A stretch of DNA of 64,000 nucleotides from a virus. Its lineage: Duplodnaviria; Caudoviricetes. The notes under the pieces were generated by a model. The model worked only from the letters and a program-made list of their open reading frames with translations, did not search any database and was not told the DNA's origin. The stretch spans positions 1 through 64,000 of IMG/VR virus record IMGVR_UViG_2861773553_000003, one strand, 5' to 3'. This document shows positions 1 through 8,813 of the stretch, piece by piece; the stretch's first letter is position 1, and every line of letters begins with the position of its first letter. Both the position numbers and the translations under genes were made by a program.

Positions 1-122
1 GGGCCGGATCGGTCTCGGCGTGTCGCGCGCGGCAGCGCGGTGAGCTGCGATGCAAAAAAAGTCCTGTGAAAGCTGCGTGTTCCGCTAGCGCACTAAATCT
101 GATTAGGCTAGGAATGCTTGTC

Positions 123-560
123 ATGAGCGAGAGCAGACGAGGACGCCGCCGCAAGGGCGGTGAGCGCTTGTCCATCCGCTTCTCCGACCGGGAGCTGGTG
201 GCCGAGATCGACGCTTGGTGCAAGGCGCGCGACCTCGCCTTCAGCGACTACGTCGGACAGCTGGTCGGCGACCTGCACGCCGGGCCCGGTCTGCCCCGGC
301 CCGCGACGGCGCAGATCCTGGCCGTGGCCGGGGCCGGTGGCGGCATCGCCCGTAGTGTGCGCTTCGCCGACGCCGCCCTGCTGGCGCAGGTGCGGGAGTT
401 GGCGGCGCAGCTGGGCGTACCCGCGGGCCGCTATGTGGACTACCTCGTCCAGACGCTGCTGCGGCCCGAGGCCGCGCGCCGGGCGATGTCCGTGGTCCCG
501 GCGGGGGTGCAGGACGTTCTCGCCTTCGATGCCCCGACGAAGAAGCAGTCTGCCGCCTGA
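123..560 (+). CDS. Putative DNA-binding protein with two ribbon-helix-helix-like units
   Basis: Duplicated motif (SIRFSDRELVAEI..CKARDLAFSDYVGQLV / SVRFADAALLAQV..AAQLGVPAGRYVDYLV); lies upstream of rep; start codon uncertain (114 or 123). Confidence 0.6.
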   Translation: MSESRRGRRRKGGERLSIRFSDRELVAEIDAWCKARDLAFSDYVGQLVGDLHAGPGLPRPATAQILAVAGAGGGIARSVRFADAALLAQVRELAAQLGVPAGRYVDYLVQTLLRPEAARRAMSVVPAGVQDVLAFDAPTKKQSAA

Positions 561-842
561 CCCGCAGGGTGTAACGGCGCAGATCCGAGGAGTGATGTAG
601 CGACGTAGAAAAGAGAGGAGGCCCGCGTAGCGGGCCATCCCCAGGGCGTTCTGCCCACTGGCTGCCGATGTTGTAACGGACGGTTGAGCAGCCAGTTTTA
701 CCAGTTAGTTATCGCCCCTTCCGGGTGAGGCCTCTTCGCCTGCCAAAGCCGAGGCCCCGCTTGGTCGGAGCATCCACCCGTCGTGGCCGCCTCGTGCCGT
801 AGGGCCCGGTGCGTCCGCTGATGGCGGGCGGTGGTTCCCAGT

Positions 843-888
843 CCCCGAAGGGGCCAGGAGGTTTCCCGGCCCCGAGGGGCCAGGAGGT
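843..888 (+). repeat. Direct repeat CCCCGA(A)GGGGCCAGGAGGT x2 upstream of rep
   Basis: Copies at 843-862 and 870-888; each contains AGGAGGT; the second ends 9 nt before the TTG at 898. Confidence 0.7.
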
Positions 889-897
889 ACTTTTTCG

Positions 898-2175
898 TTG
901 ACTGTAGCATCCGCATGCCCAAATTCCCCAGCGAGCGGAGAAATCCAAGCCCCGTGTCGGGGCGAATACCCCCGTGACCAGGCATTAGACCCAAGCCTCT
1001 CCCCGCGTGTCGTGCTGGCGCCCTCGCGGGCGGACTGGCTGGCCGTCGTCGAGGAGGTGGCGGGGGGCTCGGGGCGGCGCTCCCATTGGCGGCGCGGCCT
1101 GCTGGCCGCCTGCTGGCAGCTGGCCGTCCGGACCGACGAGTATCTGGTGACCACGCCCGCCAAAGGCGCGACCTGGGCGGAGATGGCGGCGGCCGCGCAT
1201 CTGAGCCGGTCCTGCTTCGCCGAGAAGCTGGCCTGGCTGCGCGGCCAGGACCTGCTGCACGTGGTGATGACCGGCTCGATCCCGCGCACCCGGCCGGGCA
1301 CCTGCTTTGGCATGTACGACGACGGGCTGGGCAACCTGGCCGCCGAGTACGCCCTGGTACTGCCGGCGCCGCTGGCGCCCGAGGAGCCGGTCCCGGAGGA
1401 GCCGCTGCCGGACTCGGCGGTGGTGGTCACCGATGAGATGACGCCGTGGCCAGAGGGGGCCACGCTGCTGCGACCCCGTCTCACCGTGGTCAGTGAAACC
1501 GCAGGTCAGAGCCCTGTGGGCGAAAGTCGGACTCCTCATTCTCCAACACTCCCCCTTGCAAACCCTGACCCTACGCGGGCGCGCGAGCTGACCGAATCGG
1601 ATTCGACACCGCAGCTCGCGTGGCCGCTCGATCAAACGCCGAGATCGAGGGCCGACCGGTTGCTGCTGTGCGCGCGGCTGCAGGCCGAGGACGAGCGGCT
1701 GGCGCGCGTGTCGGCTCGGCACCTGCGCTCCCTGCTGCGCCCGCTGCTGATACACGGGGCGAGCGCGCGCGATGTCGAGTACGCGCTGACCTGGACGCCG
1801 GAGCAGACGCGCTTCCCGCGCACCGAGGACCCGCGCTACCTGCCGGGCTGGATCCGGCACCGGGTCGCGGCCTGGGTGGGCGAGGACGGCGCGCTGCGCG
1901 CGCCGCTGCCCTCGCAGGCTCGGGCGGCCGCCGCCGCGCGGCGGCACGAAGAGCAGCAGCGACGACGGGCCGAGCGTGCCGCCCTGCAAGAGCGGCGGGT
2001 GGACGTGCGCGCCCAGGCCGCGCGGGCGCGGGCGGCCTTGGCGGCCGCGAGCCCGGCGGCCGCCAAGACGCTGGCGCTGCGCTCCTCCGCGCCGTCCGGC
2101 CGTCCGGCAGATCCTCCCTGGTCGCCCGAACCGCACGCGCGCGCGAGGGCGGACGAACTACTGTCGGCCGGATGA
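898..2175 (+). CDS. Plasmid replication initiator-like protein (actinobacterial theta-plasmid Rep type)
   Basis: N-terminal HTH (TWAEMAAAAHLSRSCFAEKLAWLR), NLAAEYAL motif, and a C-terminal block (LRSLLRP...DVEYAL...GWIRHRVAAW) resembling Rep proteins of Mycobacterium/Rhodococcus plasmids; SD upstream. Confidence 0.65.
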   Translation: MTVASACPNSPASGEIQAPCRGEYPRDQALDPSLSPRVVLAPSRADWLAVVEEVAGGSGRRSHWRRGLLAACWQLAVRTDEYLVTTPAKGATWAEMAAAAHLSRSCFAEKLAWLRGQDLLHVVMTGSIPRTRPGTCFGMYDDGLGNLAAEYALVLPAPLAPEEPVPEEPLPDSAVVVTDEMTPWPEGATLLRPRLTVVSETAGQSPVGESRTPHSPTLPLANPDPTRARELTESDSTPQLAWPLDQTPRSRADRLLLCARLQAEDERLARVSARHLRSLLRPLLIHGASARDVEYALTWTPEQTRFPRTEDPRYLPGWIRHRVAAWVGEDGALRAPLPSQARAAAAARRHEEQQRRRAERAALQERRVDVRAQAARARAALAAASPAAAKTLALRSSAPSGRPADPPWSPEPHARARADELLSAG

Positions 2176-2193
2176 ACCGGGGCGAAGGAGACG

Positions 2194-2535
2194 ATGATGG
2201 GGATGCAGATGCTCATCGCGCTGCTGGTGCTCCTGGCCGGGCTGGCGTCCGGATACCTCGTGGGGTTCGCGCACGGCCGCGCGCAGGTGCGGCCGCCGGT
2301 GCCCCGGGCGGTGTGCGGCTGCGGACATACGCTCGGCTTCCATCAGGGCGGCACCGGCCCCTGCCACGGCCGGGTCGACCGGCAGGCCCCGTCCTGGGGC
2401 CACGGCCACGGCCACGGGCACGAGCCGGTGCGCGAGCGGTGCACGTGCCGGCTCTATGACGGTCCGGAGCTGCTGGGCCGGGTGATCGCGCCGGAGCTGG
2501 TGGAGCGGGAGGACGGCGATGACCAGGGCGCATGA
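2194..2535 (+). CDS. Small membrane-anchored Cys/His-rich protein
   Basis: N-terminal hydrophobic helix; CGCGH..H..C..CTC motif; GGAG upstream. Confidence 0.65.
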   Translation: MMGMQMLIALLVLLAGLASGYLVGFAHGRAQVRPPVPRAVCGCGHTLGFHQGGTGPCHGRVDRQAPSWGHGHGHGHEPVRERCTCRLYDGPELLGRVIAPELVEREDGDDQGA

Positions 2536-2761
2536 GGTGATCACGGTCGCGCTGACCAAGCGGACGACGCAGGCGCTGGCGCGCGAGCACGAGCGCTCGG
2601 GCGACACGCGCACCGACATCATCAACCGGGCGGTGCAGGTATATGAGGAGGTGGAGGAGGCGCGCCGCCAGGGCAAGATCATCTATCTCTACGATCCCGA
2701 GACGGGCGCGCGGGAGCGGCTGATCATCGGCACCCTGCCGCCCGATGAATCTACAACGTAA
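2519..2761 (+). CDS. CopG/RHH-like small DNA-binding protein
   Basis: ITVALTKRTTQAL...RTDIINRAVQVY pattern. Confidence 0.6.
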   Translation: MTRAHEVITVALTKRTTQALAREHERSGDTRTDIINRAVQVYEEVEEARRQGKIIYLYDPETGARERLIIGTLPPDESTT

Positions 2762-3079
2762 AGCCGCCGGGACCGCACCCCCGCCCGGTGTTGTTCGACG
2801 AACCCGGCCGGCTCCGCCGGCCAACCCCGCACCAGATGCCCGGCCCATGCCGCACTGTCCGGATTACCAGGAGGGGGAGCGCCCGCCGTACGGCGGCCCT
2901 CCCCCCGAGAACGGTCTTCAGACCCGCCTTTACAAAGTAGACCAGAACGTGCGCGGGGGACGGGGCCAGGCCCCTTCTGCCGCAGCAACGGGTCCCCCGG
3001 CGCCGACCCGACCACCCTAGCCGCCGGACCCCCGCGGCTCCGGCACCGCCACGCCCGACACACGCCGAACGGAGCACCC

Positions 3080-3424
3080 ATGCCCACCTACAAGATCGAC
3101 CTGGTGGCCGTCGTCACCCTCGACGTCCAGGCCCCCACCGAGACCGACCTGCGCGCCGCCGTCGCCCGATGCGACAGCATCGAGGACCTCCCCCGCGCCG
3201 ACCTCGGCGGCCTCCCGGCCGAGGTGATCGCCATCGCCCCCCGCACCCTGCTGGAACTCGTCGACGCCCGCGACGCCGACAACCGCCGCCTGCGCCGCGC
3301 CCTGGCCGCCTACCGCACCGCCGCCAGCGACTGCGACAGCCACGCCCTTGGCGCCGACGCCGAGCACGAGGCCGCCCAGAACCTCGCCGACGCCGTCGAA
3401 GCCGCCCTGGACGGCCTACGCTGA
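3080..3424 (+). CDS. Hypothetical protein
   Basis: GGAG SD; GC3-biased frame. Confidence 0.7.
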   Translation: MPTYKIDLVAVVTLDVQAPTETDLRAAVARCDSIEDLPRADLGGLPAEVIAIAPRTLLELVDARDADNRRLRRALAAYRTAASDCDSHALGADAEHEAAQNLADAVEAALDGLR

Positions 3425-3428
3425 GCCC

Positions 3429-3818
3429 ATGCCGCACAGCCGCCGCCTACCGGGCCGGCTCATCCGCGAGCCCGCCCCCGAGCTGACCCCCCTGCCGGGC
3501 GCCACCAGCTACGTCCTGACCGGACAGCGCTGGCGCATCGCCGTCCTGGACGACGCCGGCCCCCTCGGCGGCGCCCCCGGGCGCGGCCTGGCCCTGGTCT
3601 TCGACCTGGTGCTCGCGCCCCAGGACCGCCTGCGCGCCGCCAACCTCCTGTGCCTGGCCGTGGAGGCCGCCCTGGTCCTGGCCGACCACGGCACCCGGCT
3701 GACCCTCGGCACCCTGCTGCCGATCCCCACCAGCTCCGGCACGCACATGAGCCTGCGGGTCTGCGGCACGCTGCCCTCGGCCGAGGACGCCCCCCTGCTG
3801 TCCCTGACCTGTCCCTGA
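3429..3818 (+). CDS. Hypothetical protein
   Basis: Starts 4 nt after the previous stop; GC3-biased frame. Confidence 0.6.
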   Translation: MPHSRRLPGRLIREPAPELTPLPGATSYVLTGQRWRIAVLDDAGPLGGAPGRGLALVFDLVLAPQDRLRAANLLCLAVEAALVLADHGTRLTLGTLLPIPTSSGTHMSLRVCGTLPSAEDAPLLSLTCP

Positions 3819-3865
3819 CCCGGCCCGGCTGACGCGCCCGGCCGTCTTCCCACCAAGGAGCCCCC

Positions 3866-4150
3866 ATGCCCGCCCACCCCCTGCTCGTCCCCGATACCCG
3901 CACGCGCACCTGCGTGCGCTGGCAGCTTCACTGCCCGCGCTGCCACAGCCCCGACCTGGACCGCGAGCCCCCGGGCCCCGACCACCGGGCGGTGACCCTC
4001 CACCCGGACCGGGACGAGTACCACAGCCCCATCGGCACCCGCGGCGGCTACGTCCACATCGCCCTGGCCTGCGCCTACGGGCACGAGTTCGCCGTGGTCC
4101 TGGCCAACCACAAGGGTGCCGAGTACCTCGGACTGGTGGTCGCCCCATGA
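3866..4150 (+). CDS. Small Zn-ribbon-like hypothetical protein
   Basis: CPRC ... CAYGH; AAGGAG SD. Confidence 0.7.
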   Translation: MPAHPLLVPDTRTRTCVRWQLHCPRCHSPDLDREPPGPDHRAVTLHPDRDEYHSPIGTRGGYVHIALACAYGHEFAVVLANHKGAEYLGLVVAP

Positions 4151-4836
4151 CCGAGCCCGACCCCGAGCCCCTGCCCCTGCAGTTGCCCCTGCAGCTGCCC
4201 GCCGGCCCCGGCGGGCCGCACCTGCTGGCCACCGACGGCTCCAGCGGTCCCGACGCCTGCGGGCACACCATCTGTGGGTATGCGGCCGTCCTCGGCGACG
4301 GCCGCGCCATCGCCGGTGCGTTCCGCCGCCCGGCGCCCCGCCGCCCGGAGGGCAGCAGCAGCAACGCCGAGCTGGCCGCCGTCCGGCACGGGCTGCGCCT
4401 GATCGAGACGGGCCCGGTCCGTCTCATGCTCGACGAGGCGGACATCGTGCAGATCGTCCGGGCCTGCGTCCAGCCCGACAGCGACCCCGACCGGCTGCAC
4501 CGCTCCCGGCGGCACCTGTCGGCCGAGGCTCTGCGCGAGATCGCCGACCACGGGCGGCGCCTGCAGATCACCGTCGCCCGCGCCCATGGCGGCGCCCACA
4601 ACCGCCTGCCCGTCCAGCCCGCCGCCCGCGCCGCCCACTGCCTGGCCTGGATGGCCCGCCGCGCCGAGGCCGAGGGGGTGGACCTGACCCCCATGCTGGC
4701 CGACATCGCCCGCGCCGCCACCAGCACCTCCCGGGTGCGCACCCTGGTCCGCCAGCGCTATCGGTCCGTGCTCGCCCGCCACGCGCAGATCGATGCATAC
4801 CTCGACCAGATCGTGCAAGACTGGACCAATCCCTGA
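4147..4836 (+). CDS. RNase H-like domain protein
   Basis: ATDGS, SNAELAAV and MLDE motifs match RNase HI acidic residues; ATGA overlap with the upstream gene. Confidence 0.65.
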   Translation: MTEPDPEPLPLQLPLQLPAGPGGPHLLATDGSSGPDACGHTICGYAAVLGDGRAIAGAFRRPAPRRPEGSSSNAELAAVRHGLRLIETGPVRLMLDEADIVQIVRACVQPDSDPDRLHRSRRHLSAEALREIADHGRRLQITVARAHGGAHNRLPVQPAARAAHCLAWMARRAEAEGVDLTPMLADIARAATSTSRVRTLVRQRYRSVLARHAQIDAYLDQIVQDWTNP

Positions 4837-4886
4837 GGCCGGGATGGCCCGGGGGCGGCCTTGCCGAGGTCGGCCGACCGCCTGTC

Positions 4887-4976
4887 CTGCTCCCCGCGCA
4901 TGCGGGGATGACCCCTTGGCGGTGCCGTGGCCCCACCACGGCCCGGCATGCTCCCCACGTCCGTGGGGGTGAACCC
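4887..4976 (+). CRISPR. Type I-E-like CRISPR mini-array (2 repeats, 1 spacer); no cas genes in the window
   Basis: Repeat 1 CTGCTCCCCGCGCATGCGGGGATGACCCC (4887-4915, 29 bp); 32-bp spacer (4916-4947); repeat 2 ATGCTCCCCACGTCCGTGGGGGTGAACCC (4948-4976, 29 bp). Confidence 0.75.
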
Positions 4977-5242
4977 CGTTCGTCCCGTTCTGGCGGCCGG
5001 CCCCAGCACGGCGTTCGTCCGGGTCCGGCTCACGCGAGCCGGACCCGGACGGCTCAGTGCCGGCCGGGCTCGGCTATCGCCTCGGCGGGGAGGCCGCCGA
5101 CCAGCAGGTGCGGGCTGGCGCAGGGGTCCAGCACCGCCGCGCTGGCGCGGTCGCGGCGCTCACGCAGCATGCGCCGCCGCCAGGACGGGGCGAGCGGGAC
5201 GCCGAGGTAGGCCACGCCGGGCGGGTGCCAGGTGGGGCCCCC

Positions 5243-5276
5243 TAGTCCCGACCTACGCTTAGTCCCGACCTACGCT
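5243..5276 (+). repeat. 17-bp tandem duplication TAGTCCCGACCTACGCT x2
   Basis: Exact copies at 5243-5259 and 5260-5276. Confidence 0.9.
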
Positions 5277-5300
5277 GAGCACTCCAGCGAAGGAGTGCAC

Positions 5301-5738
5301 ATGATCGAGATCCGGATATCGCAGGACGGCGCTCCCCTCACCGCCGAGGGCCCGCACAGCAGCGAGGGCGCCCGGATCATCGCCGCCGGCATCGGCGAGG
5401 CCGTCCGCCTGCTCAATCACGCCACCTGGGGCGGCGCCCACCTGGCCAGCCCCGCCGCCGTCTACAGCATCTACGGCAGCCTGGCGGACGCGGCGCGCAG
5501 ACTCCCGCAGGCGCTGACCCAGATGGAGCAGCACATCGCCGACGCCGTGGCCGACGGGACCGTCCGCGAGGACCCCGACTACGGCTCCCACGGTGGCCAC
5601 GCCCAGGCCGCCGCCGCCGAGACCACCGAGCTGACCCGGCAGGCCTGCGCCGCGGCCGGTGAGCTGTCCCGGCTGCTGGACCGGCTCCAGTCCGCCGTGG
5701 GCGGACTGGCACGGGTCGACCCCGGCCCGGACCGGTGA
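5301..5738 (+). CDS. Hypothetical helical protein
   Basis: AAGGAG SD; GC3-biased frame. Confidence 0.7.
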   Translation: MIEIRISQDGAPLTAEGPHSSEGARIIAAGIGEAVRLLNHATWGGAHLASPAAVYSIYGSLADAARRLPQALTQMEQHIADAVADGTVREDPDYGSHGGHAQAAAAETTELTRQACAAAGELSRLLDRLQSAVGGLARVDPGPDR

Positions 5739-6058
5739 GCACGATCAACCCGTGGCTCGCGCGCGCCGGCCTGGACTTGGACGCGCTGCCCGGCCTGCCC
5801 CTGGTGCGCCTGCGCGGAGCCGGCCACCGCCCCCCGCAGCGCAAGCTCGCGCTCTGGCTGGCCCTGAGCGACGGAACGCTGCGCGCCCTGCTCGCCTGGC
5901 CGGTCCTGGTCGAGACGGTGGGGTTCCAGGTGCGCGGCGAGCCCCTCGTGTGGCTGCTCGGCTGGTACGAGGAGGATGAGCTCGACCCCCTCGACGGGTG
6001 GGCCGAGGCGTACGAGGACGTGCCGGTCCTCGATCCTGAGGGACGACGGGTGCAATAG
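5735..6058 (+). CDS. Hypothetical protein
   Basis: GTGA overlap with the upstream stop. Confidence 0.6.
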   Translation: MSTINPWLARAGLDLDALPGLPLVRLRGAGHRPPQRKLALWLALSDGTLRALLAWPVLVETVGFQVRGEPLVWLLGWYEEDELDPLDGWAEAYEDVPVLDPEGRRVQ

Positions 6059-6144
6059 CGGGCGCGGCGCTCTTCCCCGGCGCCCCGCCGTACATCTGCC
6101 TACACTGGAAAACCGTGACCGCCGTGCATATCCCAGGAGGGGCG

Positions 6145-6438
6145 ATGAGCGTCATCCACCGCTCGCGAGCCGACGTGCCCAGCCTGACCCCCGAGTCCAT
6201 CCTGTCGCACCTGCCGGAGGAGTACCGGAGCGGTTTCCTGGTCGAATACCACGCCGCCCTCAAGCAGGCCTACGACCCCACCCGCTACGACGCCATCGAC
6301 AAGGTGCTGCGCCTGTGGCGGCTGCAGGCCGTGGCCCTCTCCGACCCCACCTACCGGCAGCGGATGGCCGACGCCGAGCGCGGTGAGCCCGGCGTGCCGG
6401 CCGAGGACGTCATCCCCGGCTGGGCCAATCGGTCGTAG
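6145..6438 (+). CDS. DUF6247-like putative antitoxin
   Basis: TPESILSHLPEEYRSGFLVEYHAAL...VLRLWRLQA pattern; AGGAGG SD; precedes a RelE-like gene. Confidence 0.65.
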   Translation: MSVIHRSRADVPSLTPESILSHLPEEYRSGFLVEYHAALKQAYDPTRYDAIDKVLRLWRLQAVALSDPTYRQRMADAERGEPGVPAEDVIPGWANRS

Positions 6439-6444
6439 GCCGCG

Positions 6445-6702
6445 GTGAAATATCAGGTGGAGTTCGCCGCCACCGCGGCGGCCCAGATCCCCGGCCTGCC
6501 CGAGCTGGCCTTCGTCGCCATCGTCTCGGCCCTGGCCGGCATCCGCACCAACCCCTGGCATGGCCTGCCCGTCTACGGTGCGCCGCCGGAGTACCGGATG
6601 GTGACCGTCAGTGACACGCGCGGCGGCGAGGGCCTGATCACCTACCGCGTGGATCAGGAACGCGCGCTCATCCACGTCTTCGACATCACCTGGTTGGACT
6701 AA
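6445..6702 (+). CDS. RelE/ParE-family toxin
   Basis: YQVEFAATAAAQI...NPW...LITYRVD...IHVFDITW; 85 aa. Confidence 0.7.
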   Translation: MKYQVEFAATAAAQIPGLPELAFVAIVSALAGIRTNPWHGLPVYGAPPEYRMVTVSDTRGGEGLITYRVDQERALIHVFDITWLD

Positions 6703-8048
6703 CGCCCCGGCACAGCCGACAGCAGCCGGTCAGCGTCGGCCACCTGGGCATTGCGCCGGTACGGCTGCCAGGCCGCGCGCAGGCGGCGTACCTCCTGCTG
6801 CACCCGCGCCGACCTGATGTCCTGCACCGATCCCAGATCCAGCGCCACCGCCGCCGCGTGATCCACCTCCCCCGCACGCAGCCACGCCTGCGCCGCGCGC
6901 GCGCCGATCAGCGCCCGGGTGCGGCGCTCCACAGAACGACGGCTGGCCATCGAGGCGCTGAAGTGCCGAGCCGCGCCCGCATCGTCGCCGAGTTTGCCCA
7001 GCGCCAACGCGGTGGCGTGTTCTAGCGATTCGCGCCGGAAGTTCCCCGTCCATTCGCTTTGCGGCACCGAGTCGGCCCGCTCCAGCAGCGACTCGGCCTG
7101 ACGCAGCAGGCTCAGCGACGCCCACCGGTCACCCATCCCGCCCTGCGCCTCGCCCTGCATCGCGCGCACCCACGCCCGGGTCCGCGCCGAACCGCCGGCC
7201 CCGAGCGCCGCTGCGGCGGCGTCGGCCAGGTCCCGCGACTGGCGCACGTGACCGAGCTCGGCGGCCTGGGCGGCCATCGAGCGCAGCGCCGTGGCCCGCA
7301 GCACCCGGTCCCCGGCCTGGTCGGCCAGCCGTACCGTGCTGGCGTAGTACCGCTGGGCCAACCCATTGGCCCCGTCGTCGGCCGCCATGTAGGCGGCTAG
7401 GTACGTCAGTTCGCCGGCCGCGACGAACATCTGCGGCTGGGCCCGGCCGCGTGTCCCGCGCAGCAGCGGGACGACCTCGCTCACCAGGTAGGCCGCCACC
7501 GCCGCGCGCGCATGGCCCCCGCCGTACAGGTCGTCCAGGTCGGCGAACACGCGCGTGCTGGCCCGCACCCGTTCCACATCGGCCGAGCCGCCGCGCCGGG
7601 GCGCGGGCGGATGGTCAGGCGGGGGTGGCACGGCGGTCAGTTCGGCCAGCGCGAGCGCGCCCGCGGTCAGCACGGTGCGGCGGTGGAGCATGTCATCCTC
7701 CCCCAGGGCGGCCAGCCGGTCGACCGGGTCGCCCTGCCATAGATCGTGCCCTGGCGCCGCGATCGCCACCAGGGGCCAGCCCAAATCCGCCGAGGTCAGA
7801 TCGGGGCGGCCCAGGCGGCGGCGGAACGCCTCCGTCGCCGCGCATATACCCGCCGGGAGCGGGACGCTCCCGGTCAGCCAGTGGCCGACCGTTGAATGGT
7901 CGTAGCTGAGCTTGACTCCCATCTCTGCGGCGACCGCGTTGACGTTGGCGGCCACGGCGGCTCGCGTCCAGCGGGCCTGGCGGATGAGCGTGTTCAGCGC
8001 CTCGTTGACGATCGGGCGCGTGCGCGGAGGAGTCACCCTGATCCCCAT
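6699..8048 (-). CDS. Actinomycete HTH + TPR-like regulator (NsdA-like family)
   Basis: NEALNTLIRQARWT...YDHSTVGHWLTGSVP, HRRTVL, DDLYGGGH and LAQRYY motifs. Confidence 0.8.
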   Translation of the reverse strand: MGIRVTPPRTRPIVNEALNTLIRQARWTRAAVAANVNAVAAEMGVKLSYDHSTVGHWLTGSVPLPAGICAATEAFRRRLGRPDLTSADLGWPLVAIAAPGHDLWQGDPVDRLAALGEDDMLHRRTVLTAGALALAELTAVPPPPDHPPAPRRGGSADVERVRASTRVFADLDDLYGGGHARAAVAAYLVSEVVPLLRGTRGRAQPQMFVAAGELTYLAAYMAADDGANGLAQRYYASTVRLADQAGDRVLRATALRSMAAQAAELGHVRQSRDLADAAAAALGAGGSARTRAWVRAMQGEAQGGMGDRWASLSLLRQAESLLERADSVPQSEWTGNFRRESLEHATALALGKLGDDAGAARHFSASMASRRSVERRTRALIGARAAQAWLRAGEVDHAAAVALDLGSVQDIRSARVQQEVRRLRAAWQPYRRNAQVADADRLLSAVPGR

Positions 8049-8171
8049 TCACATCGGGTTCACATGCACGCCCCCTCGACCTTGCGCCCTACGCGGTGCA
8101 CCGTCAATAGCACGAGCTGTGACCGTATAGGTGCAGGCCACAACCCGATCACCACCACCCGGAGGAGCGCC

Positions 8172-8813
8172 ATGCGCGTCCTGATCGACGGGCTCGACCT
8201 GACCGGCAAGACCACCCTGGTCCATCACCTGATCACCGAGCTGGGCCAGCGCGGCGTGCCCGCCCGCTCCCACACCTGGATGCTGTCCCCGTACCACCCC
8301 CTGGCCGGGCCGCTGCGGCGCCTGCCGCGCGTGCGCCAGCCCGACTCGGCCCTGCTCACGGCCGCCCTGCTGGGGCCGGGCTACCTGCTCGACGCCCTGC
8401 TGGTGCGGCTGCGCGCCCCCGAGCCGCCCGGCACCGTCCTGATTCAGGACGGCTATGCCGATCGCACGGTTGCGTTCGGAATGGCGGGCGGGCCGTACCT
8501 GGCCGCCTGCCTGGCGCTGCGCTGGCCGCTGTTCGCTCCCTTCGACGCCGCCGTGTACCTGCACGCCCCCCGCCAGGTGCGCGCCGCCCGGCTGGCCGAG
8601 CGCGCCGACCCCGACCCGGGGGACGTGCGCAGCGTCGAGGACGCCAGCTTCGCCGCGACCTTCGAGGCCATGCTCGTGCGCGGGATGGGCCGCCGTCATG
8701 AGCGGCTGCTCGTCTTCGACACCGCCAGCTCATGCCCGGCGGGCATGGCCCGCCAGATCGCCGACCTGCTCGCGCCCCAGCCCGCGCCCGTCGCGGTGGA
8801 GCGCGCCGCGTGA
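8172..8813 (+). CDS. Thymidylate-kinase-like P-loop nucleotide kinase
   Basis: IDGLDLTGKTT Walker A; LIQDGY; AVYLHAP..VRAARL lid; GGAGGAG SD. Confidence 0.75.
   Translation: MRVLIDGLDLTGKTTLVHHLITELGQRGVPARSHTWMLSPYHPLAGPLRRLPRVRQPDSALLTAALLGPGYLLDALLVRLRAPEPPGTVLIQDGYADRTVAFGMAGGPYLAACLALRWPLFAPFDAAVYLHAPRQVRAARLAERADPDPGDVRSVEDASFAATFEAMLVRGMGRRHERLLVFDTASSCPAGMARQIADLLAPQPAPVAVERAA

Noticed and set aside
4826-4852. Possible third CRISPR repeat (…CCCTGAGGCCGGGATGGCCCG) upstream of the mini-array
   Set aside because: Only the 3' end resembles the repeat, the spacing is off by about 3 nt, and it overlaps the RNase H-like stop codon
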